This document shows, piece by piece, positions 1 to 10,274 of a stretch of 34,430 nucleotides of DNA (positions within the stretch are counted from its first letter, which is position 1; every line of letters begins with the position of its first letter). The notes beneath the pieces were generated by a model. It was not told where the DNA came from, ran no database searches, and saw only the letters and a program-made list of their open reading frames with translations. The translations under genes and the position numbers were made by a program. The stretch comes from Paraglomus brasilianum (Eukaryota), in contig CAJVPI010000341.1 in assembly GCA_910592345.1 (NCBI GenBank), positions 1-34,430 on the forward strand. Reading direction: 5' to 3'.

Positions 1-1050
1 AAAACGACTGTAGTCGGGTTGTGGTGAATAGGATACAGGGCTATGAATTGAAAGCGCATCGTGGCCACAGTTTGCAAAGTTTACCCATCAGGTACCCCTG
101 GACCCTGATCGGTGGACGCGCCTGCTGTGAACGTTCTTCATTGTTCTTGACTATGATGATATGGTTACTCATCCATCTCTTTATTATTAGTACTGAACAG
201 GCCAACATTGCGATATCAACGCTACTCTCTATTTATTGCAACATGTATCGCTCCACAACAACCTCTCCTCCTCTAAAGCGCAAATACGACGACGGCGACG
301 ACGTTATAAAAAAGTTAATATACAACAGACAATGCCTCTGCCGATGCTGCTACTCCATATTACGCATACGAACGAACGGTTTACGACTCTCGAAAAGTCT
401 TTGAAACGACAACTTGGTTTAACGACGAGTTCTGTAACAAGAGGAAGGCAGTTTGAAGACAAGGTAAGGACTCCTTACTGGGTATCCGTTGAGTGGTTTG
501 TATCCTAGACGCTGCAGCATCGGGCCACACTTGTAGATTGTTCATCGTTTGGGTTATTACTTAGTATTCAGTATGTGTATCTGAAGGTACGCTGCCACTA
601 GGTGTAAATCGGAGGTTTGAAAGCACATAGGGTGTAAATTAATCAAACCCTCGTTACCGAAAAAAGCTGTCTGGCTTTGTGGTGAATAGGATACACTTTA
701 AATACTTTGTGGTCGGGGGCCTGATCGTAAATAATTTACTTGTGTGAACGTTCGGTAATCTGTTCCAAAACGACTGTAGTCGGGTTGTGGTGAATAGGAT
801 ACAGGGCTATGAATTGAAAGCGCATCGTGGCCACAGTTTGCAAAGTTTACCCATCAGGTACCCCTGGACCCTGATCGGTGGACGCGCCTGCTGTGAACGT
901 TCTTCATTGTTCTTGACTATGATGATATGGTTACTCATCCATCTCTTTATTATTAGTACCGAACAGGCCGACATTGCGATATCAACACCACTCTCTATTG
1001 CAACATGTATCGCTTCACAACAACTTCTCCTTCTCTAAAGCGCAAAATAC
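1..1050. repeat. Direct duplication, period 766 bp (copy 1 about 1-287, cut by the window edge; copy 2 about 767-1050)
   Basis: Positions 1 and 767 both start aaaacgactgtagtcgggttgtggtgaatagg and stay near-identical to ctctaaagcgcaaa(a)tac; weaker similarity continues about 50-90 bp further. Confidence 0.95.
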
Positions 1051-1880
1051 AACGTTGCTTAAATATACGGCGAACATACCACTCTATTACGCATGAACGT
1101 CAGTCTGGCACAACTCATGAGCAGGTCCTCAAATAACGAACCCTTAACACTACACTCAACAATAACGACCACAAAACCGACAAACACGTTTGCACAAAGC
1201 GAATATTCCATCCATTTATAACGTACAAATATCTGCTTCTCCATTATTAACGTGTACCACACCGAGTAGATTTGAGGAAAAATAATGTGATAAAGAAGTT
1301 CGGGTAAAGTTGTTATTGTACGTAAGTTATTAATTATTTGGTTATTTGACGTCTTTCAACTAATAGGTATCTTCTCGTCTTTAGTAAAATAAATAATTGC
1401 GTAATGAAATAACCCAATTAATTACTTAATATCTGTTGTATTACTTAGAAATTAAATACGAGTCACTTCCTTGATTTCGAAAAGTTTTCCGACACACAAA
1501 TTCTACTGGAAGGCTCAGAGAAAAGAGACAGAATGCCATCATGTCCAAATTCTCCTTCAATAATCAAGTAATGTATGCCTCACAACTCGGTTTGACTGAA
1601 AAATGTGCACCCGACGCCAGAAGCTCTGATATCAACGATTAGTATAAAGATAAGTAGAAGAAAAGAGATAATAAGAGCGGAAGTAAAAACTTACTACAAA
1701 AATTATAATCAATTACGAAGAACGGCACAAGTAATATAAATATGTTTCATTTGAATAGAAAGTACATTAAAACGTATGATTAGATAGATATAAAGTAATA
1801 TTCACTCCCATTCTAGTGCTAAACTTTATTATTACTATGTATATTACTATTATTACGTCAAAGAGTTGTTATATACATAA

Positions 1881-1914
1881 CTAGATTTAGAATTTTATAG
1901 GGGGCTTCGCCCCT
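1881..1914 (-). mobile_element. Candidate Helitron 3' terminus
   Basis: Minus strand reads GGGGC-GAA-GCCCC hairpin (1913-1901), about 16 nt, then CTAG (1884-1881) followed by T. This is the classic Helitron hairpin + CTRR|T end, downstream of minus-strand Helitron-like coding relics. Confidence 0.55.
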
Positions 1915-2584
1915 TGTGGCTGTTAAGAAGTGTCACTTGCGAATACTTTTATTTTATATAGTAATAAAGTTATATATATTTATTGGAATGCTGAAGTCCA
2001 CATGTTCAATTTCTATTACCTAATCGTCGCGGGCTCATTATCTCAAATTACGTTCATTGTCACAGATACAAATTACCTTTTCAGAGAAGCAAAATTATCA
2101 TAACTCGTTTGTTGAGAAGGAGCACACATGATAAAAATACACGCTTGCGCCACGTTATACGGGCAGATAAGGGAACGATTAACAAATATATCATTACAAA
2201 ATTTTCCTGGCTTTAACCCTTTGTCTGTTAGTCTTATCTGATGTTTGGATAGGGAATATATTGTGTATTTGGGCTGGAGATTTGATTACGCCAATGGCTC
2301 GTAACCAAGTTTGAACAAGGGGTACATTTGTTGCAGACTTTTGATACTTGAATGGTTTGATTGTAGAGTGGAAATAAATAGATGTTAAATGACCGTTTAA
2401 TTAAAAGAATGTAACCTAATTTATACGTACTGTATGTAGCGGCATGTCTTCTAGTTTTGTGACAGCACCAGCTAATTCAAGGATGTCATCAACTACGAAC
2501 CAGTCAGTATTATTTTTTGGTATGTAGATATCGAAGTGAATGGTAATGGGTTCGCTTGCATTAGAGTCGAGTGGATGAACATGT

Positions 2585-2760
2585 TTTATTTCTGACTACC
2601 CATTTTGCAGATTGCGGGTATAATAACGCGAGCAATAAGAACAGGGAATGCATGAAATCTGAGAGTAATCTTCTTCATAAAGTAGGCGCAAAACTTTTTG
2701 CAGTTCATCGGAAGGCCAGTATGTGGTATTTGAAGGATTATAAGTTTGGGAAAGTGGTAT
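2585..2760 (-). pseudogene. Helitron-type (DUF6570-associated) N-terminal Cys-motif fragment, frameshifted
   Basis: Manual translation: WPSDELQKVLRLLYEEDYSQISCIPCSYCSR / frameshift at about 2626 / LLYPQSAKWVVRNK. The PCxYCxRLLYP..KW pattern resembles fungal Helitron/PIF1-associated proteins (recalled, not searched). Confidence 0.45.
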
Positions 2761-3639
2761 TTCGGATGGTTGAGTAAAAGATAAAGAGGATGGGAATCGA
2801 TGGCGAATGAGTAACTTTGTAGATCATTTCATTTGCTTGAAGAGAATCGACGGTAAATATATCAAAAACTTGAGACATTTTTTCAAACCAATAAGTAGGA
2901 TGCGAAAAAGAATCAAAACTTTTTATTATAGGGGTGTGTGGCAAAAAAGCGGTTGATATGTTGTTATTTATACTTTTTATAATTATATAGTGAAAATGCA
3001 AGCATATAAACATGGGGTTTGCTCATGGAAATTTTTTATTTCCCGACGTTCTTTCAACATGTGACACACACAACGCTGATAAAAAATGACAGATTATGAC
3101 CATTACTAATATAATGAGGAAATAAAATAATTAATAATAATAATAATAATAATAACAACGGGGGGAAATGTAATAAATACACTCTTTCAAGAGTTAAGTA
3201 TCAAGTATCAAGTACAGTATATGATATAAACTCCCCCGAAAAATATGCACAGAAAATTACGATAAATGGGTATTTGTTGGTTCTAATGCGGAAATTATTT
3301 TAGGAAATGAAGAGCATGAAGAACGAATGAATATCAAAACTATGTGAAAAAAGGTAAGCTCATGCAGTAAATGATGGCAATGGGAAACATGTGATATTCC
3401 ATTTCGAGTATAAGGTGCTCACGTTTTGCTCCTTCAGGTTATCGTTATTACTATTCACTATTTTCTATTCGCTATTTACCATCTACCGTTTGTTATTTAC
3501 TACAACGCAGTACACTATTCGGCTATTCACTATTCACTATATTACTTATGGAAAAAGATATCAAATGATGAAGGCGGTAAAGATTGTTATGTTGTGACTA
3601 TTGCCGAATATAGAGGTTAATGCTCTTCGATTTTTAAAA

Positions 3640-3830
3640 TATTGGTTATTATTCGATACTCGACAAACGGATTAGCACCGGCAGAACAACCAAATTGGTG
3701 TGAAGGTAAAGGTATAAGGAAAAGATATTTTCTTTTGGCACACGGAACATCTTGTATACATGTAGGTATTAAAGCAAGCCTGCGACCCAAAAGCATATAT
3801 TGATATGGGGGAGTTTTTGTGTTGCATAAT
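3640..3830 (-). pseudogene. Helitron-type DUF6570-like fragment
   Basis: LALIPTCIQDVPCAKRKYL, then SLYLYLHTNL in the shifted frame, then GCSAGANPFVEYR. Resembles the IPxxIxxVP..R.YLSP.xL..LGR....N...YR stretch of fungal Helitron-associated proteins. Confidence 0.5.
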
Positions 3831-3887
3831 TCTGATCGAAATAAATTTCTGGTAGACAATACATTATTCGATATGTTATTCCAAATC

Positions 3888-3935
3888 TTAAGCACCGCCC
3901 AATTTTAAGCACCGCCCAATTTTAAGCACTACCTA
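3888..3935. repeat. 17-bp tandem repeat (ttaagcaccgcccaatt, about 2.7 copies), probably subterminal repeats of a TIR transposon end
   Basis: Units start at 3888, 3905 and 3922; the third is degenerate. Confidence 0.8.
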
Positions 3936-4043
3936 AATTTAAAAAAGGGTTTATTATATTTATATTTTACTTTCATAAAACAATTTATTCATTTTCAAAT
4001 TCGTCTAAATGAGTCCGTATCATAAAAATCGACAATCATTTAG

Positions 4044-4513
4044 TAGACGTTATATTCGACGACGGCCATTTCGCCGACAGTCATCGACAGTTGATTCACC
4101 GACATTTATTTCATAATCTCACTGTCTACCAGTCCAGCTCAAATCTCATTTTAGAATCTGGTTTTATCAATCAAGCCTTTTTATTCGAATATTTCGATGT
4201 TATTCAGAGTGTAAACTGAAGGCTATTGAATTATTGATGGTAATAGAAAGATATTCCATCTTCAATGCATGCAAAATTGATTGATGCAAGTTGGCTCGAA
4301 ATTAAGTAAGAACTTCAATGTCATGTACTTGTGACAGTTAATCACTATTTTAACAAAGACAGATCTAATTTGAAGGCAACTGTTTTAATCCGATGAAAAC
4401 CATAATAAGTAAATAACGACGTAAATTACACCAGTTCGTGAATGGGCAAATTAAATCAACTGTCGGGGAAACGATCCTGTCGCGAAATGGCTGTCGTCGA
4501 AATATAACGTCTA
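4044..4513. mobile_element. Non-autonomous TIR element (MITE), about 470 bp
   Basis: Left end tagacgttatattcgacgacggccatttcgccgacag; reverse complement of right end tagacgttatatttcgacgacagccatttcgcgacag. A further cgacagttgatt match lies inside. No ORF. Confidence 0.85.
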
Positions 4514-5043
4514 TAAAATTCTTGTTGATGTTGTATTTGCCTCCCGTTATTGACTAGATCCCAACGCTATAGGCTTCCGAAACTATCCCATTAGAAAAGA
4601 AGAATCGATTCAATCGATGACGAATAACCGTGGATTAGTATCTACCGATCGACACATAGCAAAGCCTGTTTGAAGAGTAGGAGAAACCAGTTTAACACAA
4701 CATACGAGTGTGGGTCTAGGCCTTAGCAATAGGGGATACAAAAGGCCGCCTTTAAGGATGAGCTACGCCTTAATTGGCAAGGCATAAAGCAAGACTGCTA
4801 AATTTTTGAGTTAAATTTAGATCACCAAACATTCCCAAACATAACACTAGTATTCCATGCAAAACATAACTGATACATCTTTATTATAAATTGTTTACTC
4901 AAGCTTGCTATTTAATACTAATACTCAATGTAGATAAATTAAATCTTTTCAAGATTATTTTTCCTAATATCAATATTGATATAGAAAATTCCATAGTAAT
5001 AGCTTGTAGTTGACAAATGTAATTTATCTTTATGCCTTATACT

Positions 5044-6642
5044 CTATGCTAAGCGCCTTTTTTTAACATTATTATACAACTCAACCTTCTCCCTTGTTCT
5101 TTTCTTTACTTCTGACCCATTTTCATAAAAAGTACACACTTTATTTTGTGCTTCAGTGTATCCCTGTTCAGCTGCTTTTTCATATAATTCAAATGCCTTT
5201 TGAATGTCTGCTTTTACCCCAATTCCATTTTCATAATACAGGCCAAGAATATATTGTACATAAACATTTCCTTCTTTAGCTCTTGATTGACAGAAGTTAG
5301 TTACAAAATTAATGTCAAAATTTAATCCAGCCATTTTGCTACAATGTCTACTGTTTTCAACTTGCACTGACATGTGTGCTTGTTTTACTGCACTCTGATA
5401 TAACTCAACTGCTTTTTGTTCATCTTTTTCTACTCCAGTTCCATTTTCATAACATACAGCAAGATGATATTGAGCACTGACATATCCTTGTTCAGCTACT
5501 TTGTTATACCATTCAACTGCCTTCTGTTCATCCTTTTCTACTCCAGTTCCATTTTCATAGCATACAGCAAGATAATATTGAGCACTGGCATATCCTTGTT
5601 CAGCTGCCTTTTTATACCATTCAACTGCTTTTTGTTTATCTTTTTCTACTCCAGTTCCGTCTTTATAACATATTGCAAGATTATTTTGAGCACTGGCATG
5701 TCCTTGTTCAGCTGCTTTTTTATACCATTCAACTGCTTTTTGTTCATCTTTTTCTACTCCAGTTCCATCTTCATAACATATTGCAAGATTATTTTGAGCA
5801 CTGGCATGTCCTTGTTCAGCTGCTTTTTTATACCATTTAACTGCTTTTTGTTTATCTTGTTCTACCCCAGTTCCATCTTCATAACAGACAGCAAGATTAT
5901 ACTGAACATCAGCATCTCCTTGTTCAGCTGCTTTTTTATACCATTCAACTACCTTCTGTTCATCTTTTTCTACCCCAGTTCCATCTTTATAACAGACAGC
6001 AAGATTATATTGAGCACTGACATATCCTTGTTCAGCTGCTTTTTTATACCATTCAACTGCCTTCTGTTCATCTTTTTCTACTCCAGTTCCAGTTTCATAG
6101 CATACAGCAAGATTATTTTGAGCACTGGCATGTCCTTGTTCAGCTGCTTTTTTATACCATTCAACTGCCTTCTGTTCATCTTTTTCTACTCCAGTTCCAG
6201 TTTCATAGCATACAGCAAGATTATTTTGAGCACTGGCATGTCCTTGTTCAGCTGCTTTTTTATACCATTCAACTGCCTTCTGTTCATCTTTTTCTACTCC
6301 AATTCCATTGCCATAACATACACCAAGATTATATTGAGCACTGACATATCCATGTTTAGCTGCTTTCTCATACCATTCAACTGCCTTCTGTTCATCTTTT
6401 TCTACTCCAGTTCCATAAGAATAACATACACCAAGCTTATGTTGTGCTTTGGCATATCCATGTTTAGCTGCTTTCTCATACCATTCAACTGCCTTCTGTT
6501 CATCTTTTTCTACTCCAGTTCCATTATGATACCAATTAGCAAGCTTATATTGTACTCTGTGAACACGTTGATCCCCTGTTTTCATTCTTGTATAACCGAA
6601 TATAAACGAACTCGTACTATCGCTATATATAGTGGAAACCAT
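5044..6642 (-). CDS. Sel1-like repeat (SLR) protein, 532 aa, intronless, about 12-13 repeats
   Basis: Tandem 36-aa units AQxxLAVCYExGTGVEKDEQKAVEWYKKAAEQG (108-bp DNA period). Confidence 0.93.
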   Translation of the reverse strand: MVSTIYSDSTSSFIFGYTRMKTGDQRVHRVQYKLANWYHNGTGVEKDEQKAVEWYEKAAKHGYAKAQHKLGVCYSYGTGVEKDEQKAVEWYEKAAKHGYVSAQYNLGVCYGNGIGVEKDEQKAVEWYKKAAEQGHASAQNNLAVCYETGTGVEKDEQKAVEWYKKAAEQGHASAQNNLAVCYETGTGVEKDEQKAVEWYKKAAEQGYVSAQYNLAVCYKDGTGVEKDEQKVVEWYKKAAEQGDADVQYNLAVCYEDGTGVEQDKQKAVKWYKKAAEQGHASAQNNLAICYEDGTGVEKDEQKAVEWYKKAAEQGHASAQNNLAICYKDGTGVEKDKQKAVEWYKKAAEQGYASAQYYLAVCYENGTGVEKDEQKAVEWYNKVAEQGYVSAQYHLAVCYENGTGVEKDEQKAVELYQSAVKQAHMSVQVENSRHCSKMAGLNFDINFVTNFCQSRAKEGNVYVQYILGLYYENGIGVKADIQKAFELYEKAAEQGYTEAQNKVCTFYENGSEVKKRTREKVELYNNVKKRRLA

Positions 6643-8529
6643 TTTTTAGCGTATATTGGATGAAAATTTTGATAATTATTGTTGAATACGTGAAGTTTAT
6701 TAATGTTAGTGTTACTTACGCAAGGAAAAATGCGCAGTATCCTCTTTTCAAAATGGTAGGATCACCATCAAAAAAATTCGACGAAAACACTGTCAACCAA
6801 TAGATTAGCTAACGGTATGACACGTGTTACAACTGAATATAAAGATTCCTGAGACGATATTTGCAGTAAACGTTATGCAAAGAGAATGGATACGTCTTAT
6901 GGTCTTAGCATATTAATATATTATACGTGTAAAGTTTGTCTCTCTTGTGGTATTGACAATTTTTCGTTTACGTGTCATTGTCCAAAAACACAAAAGCCAA
7001 CAATAAGAAAGACCCAACATTCGACCTTCACAATTAGACCTTCTAAAAAACGCGAATCAGAAATTTAAGTACCGAAGTGACTTGTCTAACGGTTTCAACA
7101 TCAACCTTTGCAGCAGGTGTCACAATCTGTATCAACAACCGACAGCTCTCACAGATAATACTTCTCTCTCTGAAAATGCATCTCTCGCTGAAAAGATGCC
7201 TCTTTCTTAAAGATATGTTTTTACCATTTGATACTGAGACATACTACTACGCAAATCAATGCCTTGTGGTGAAACCCTTTAACCGCATGAAATTTCCTGC
7301 TAGACAAAAAAGAAAGTAAAGTTGAAAGAGTATCAGTGACTAATGAACTTTTTGTACTTATGATCGAATCATTCAACGCGACCTTGCTAAATGTCGATCT
7401 ATTCAAAAGGGATTGGAAAGTATTAAAATGAATTATTAAAGCTTAGATTAGAAATTACGGAAAAGAACAAGAATGAGAAAAAACTCAAAAAGATGCTATC
7501 CCTTGTCACATACGCTCAATAAACCTACACACAAAACACAGATTAGTTACTTAAAAGACAAAGACAAGAATATGTCGTGCCGATTACTGCGGGAGAACGA
7601 TTAGTAATCGACACTTGGGATTTAGCTATTGTCGGCGGAGCGTGGCTTCTCCTATCAATAGTGAAATCTACTTTACAGTTAGTGACCTTGTAATCTCAAG
7701 GCTTTCACTTACGAAAACCTCAGCGTTGTTAAGTGTGCGCTAATCCGAGACAACGTAATTGTCCTCGAGTCAAATGCACGACTGTCCTCAAAACTAATAT
7801 ATTACTCCGTAAACAATTAAATCATCGTAAAATATGCCACTCGGATAATTGTGGGACAAGAGACAATTATCCTTCGATATTAATATAGAGATTAGCGAAT
7901 TTATGATATATCGATAATTTACCAGGGATTGAATTATTAACAGAGTATAAAGATTCATTTAGAAATATTTACAATAAAGGAATCGAAAGTTATTGGAGCA
8001 TTATCAATGGACGGACTGATGGACACTGAAATCCACGCTGATATATTTTTAGCAACGTTATTAATTATCTTATTATTATCTATCTATTAGGATTTGCTAT
8101 TACTATTGTCCTTCGGCACTTTCTATTGTTTTGATGTCGTCCGATGTTTTCATATGTCATTTACCTGCCATCCATAAATAGAAATATTATGGATGTCGGG
8201 TTGTGCGACCTGGCAGGTAGTTAAATAATATTACCAAGTTACCTACATCGTAGATCTTTTTTAGTATTAGTGTTACGTGCCGATCGGCAGATCCTGTGTG
8301 ACGCTTCAGAAATTAGGAATAGTAATAGCATTAATACTCACAAATACATAGCGCGCTATGGAGATAATCTTCCCAGTAAGTCTTCTCATCTCAGAAACCA
8401 ACTTGCCTAATACCAGTCCGCTTTCTGTTCGACCAAAATATTTGAGAACCTTTAAGGAAAAATCATTATAATAATGTCTGATCGGAAGCCAATGTTACAA
8501 CTTCCATCAAGCAATTTTCTTTTTCCTTT

Positions 8530-8645
8530 AGGGATTGTAGACACACACTCACTTCCTACACATTCTCAGGACCCTTCCGACAGTAGACCGAGAAACATGT
8601 AAGAGACTTTTTATCTTCATGCAGGTATACTATTCTACAATTGTT
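8530..8645 (-). pseudogene. Tc1/IS630-like transposase N-terminal HTH relic
   Basis: Minus-strand NCRIVYLHEDKK / frameshift / LLHVSRSTVGRVLRMCRK*VCVYNP matches the RIVYL...LLxVSxSTVxRVL helix-turn-helix of such transposases. Contains a stop and a frameshift. Confidence 0.5.
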
Positions 8646-9165
8646 TCAAAACCAGTTGTAATCTCATAATCGTCTTGTAACCGGTTGTAATCGCTGGTGT
8701 GCCCACTCAACAAGCTTTCTTTTCTTGCCTTGTGCCAAGTAAAGTGATAAAGTTGTATTAAGTAGGTGTCTTCTACTCTTCAGAAAGGCTTAATAATCGC
8801 GGGCGCATAGAAGTTTTCACAGTGTTTTTCACGTATAAGCAAAAGTTGTGACCAAAATTTGTGTGACTCAAGAATTTTGAAAAGAGCAATAACAACCAGC
8901 ACTCTTCGGTGGTTAGGGAGCTGTTTCTTCTGTAGTTAAATCTAGACTGTGATTACAGTTACAGTGAAATTTGAATACAGTATAATCTATGTTACACGAT
9001 GGTTTCATACAGTTTTCAAGCGTAACCCATTTTCATCTCCTACTTTACTCGCGACTTACATAGTATGAATGGCAGATCCAGTAAATACTTTTTGGTAGTG
9101 AGTGTATATGCAACGACATTGTTATTAATCTATTCAAAAATTTAAGTTGGCGGCGATCCTTTGAC

Positions 9166-10247
9166 AGACGATCTTGTGCGGCGACGATCTCTTGCAAAAA
9201 AGGCCTGTTTTGTTTACAAACAAATAAACTACTTTTTGAGATTGTGTGGGGGAAGTAGAGAATTTGCTTTACGTAGATTCCATGTGGGAGCGATGCTCAG
9301 ACCTTAGGAACATGAAGGAGTAGGTCTCTGTTGTTGGAAAATCGTTTATTATAGGTAATCAGATATTACTGGGTGTACAATATTAGGGATGGTTCTTCGC
9401 AAACTGTACGAATCTGCTGTGGCACAGAAGAAACGTCTTATTGTACACCATCTTGACTTGGAAAGATAATCTGTAATTTCCTAGTCTCTGTCACTAATCG
9501 CAAGTTTACATTGATACGCACGTATTTATTGATATGGGCTGTTGCAATAATAAAAATATGCATGCTCAGCGCTGCCAGAAAATTCAGTGTATGGAGATAA
9601 CACTCGACGTATTTTAGTTACAGACAGAATTTATCATAACTCGAGAGACTGTGTATACAGTGAACCGTCACACAGACAGCAGTGATCGGGAAAAAAGTCT
9701 TGATAACGATAAGACAGCAGTTATCATTATAGACAATCTTGTACAGCGACGATTTCTTGCAAAAAAAGGTTGCTTTGTTTACAAACAAATAAACTACTTT
9801 TTGAGATTGTGTGGGAGAAGTAGAGAATTTGCTTTACGTAGATTCCATGTGGGAGCGATGCTCAGACCTTAGGAACATGAAGGAGTAGGTCTCTGTTGTT
9901 GGAAAATCGTTTATTATAGGTAATCAGATATTACTGGGATGTACAATATTAGGGATGGTTCTTCGCAAACTGTACGAATTCTGGTGTGGCACAGAAGAAA
10001 CGTCTTCTTTTTGTTGGATTGTACACGATCTTGACTTGGGAAGATAATCTGTCTAATCGCAAGTTTATATGCTATAACTGGGCTGCGAATCAGCGCTGCC
10101 AGAAATGGAGATAACACTGTATTTTAGTTACAGACAGAATTTATCATAACCCGAGACTGTGTATACCGTGAATCGTCACACGGACGGCAGTGATCGGGAA
10201 AAAAGTCTTGATAACGATGAGATAAAATGACAGCAATTATTGTTATT
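9166..10247. repeat. Tandem duplication, unit about 565 bp (9166-9730 and 9731-about 10247)
   Basis: Both copies run agac(g/a)atcttgt...tttgtttacaaacaaataaactactttttgagattgtgtggg...gtgatcgggaaaaaagtcttgataacgat...gacagca, with indels in the middle. Confidence 0.95.
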
Positions 10248-10274
10248 ATATATTTTTTTAACGAGATTTAAAAC

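Noticed and set aside
21..1038. ORFs 21-404, 236-508 and 787-1038 as genes
   Set aside because: Non-ATG starts, no recognisable domain, and the duplicate copies differ by frameshifts.
3133..3155. (AAT)n microsatellite; also (TA)n near 13490 and (GAA)n near 31185
   Set aside because: Ordinary simple repeats.
4690..4800. Short stems (ggcc/ggcc, ttaagg/ccttaa) suggesting structure
   Set aside because: Stems are short and could arise by chance; no recognisable family.
5400..6545. Regular repeats as a possible CRISPR-like array
   Set aside because: Contiguous coding repeats with no unique spacers; eukaryotic context and no cas genes.
5416..6663. 415-aa plus-strand hydrophobic repeat ORF
   Set aside because: Antisense shadow of the Sel1 repeat gene; it stays open because the 108-bp unit lacks stops in that frame.
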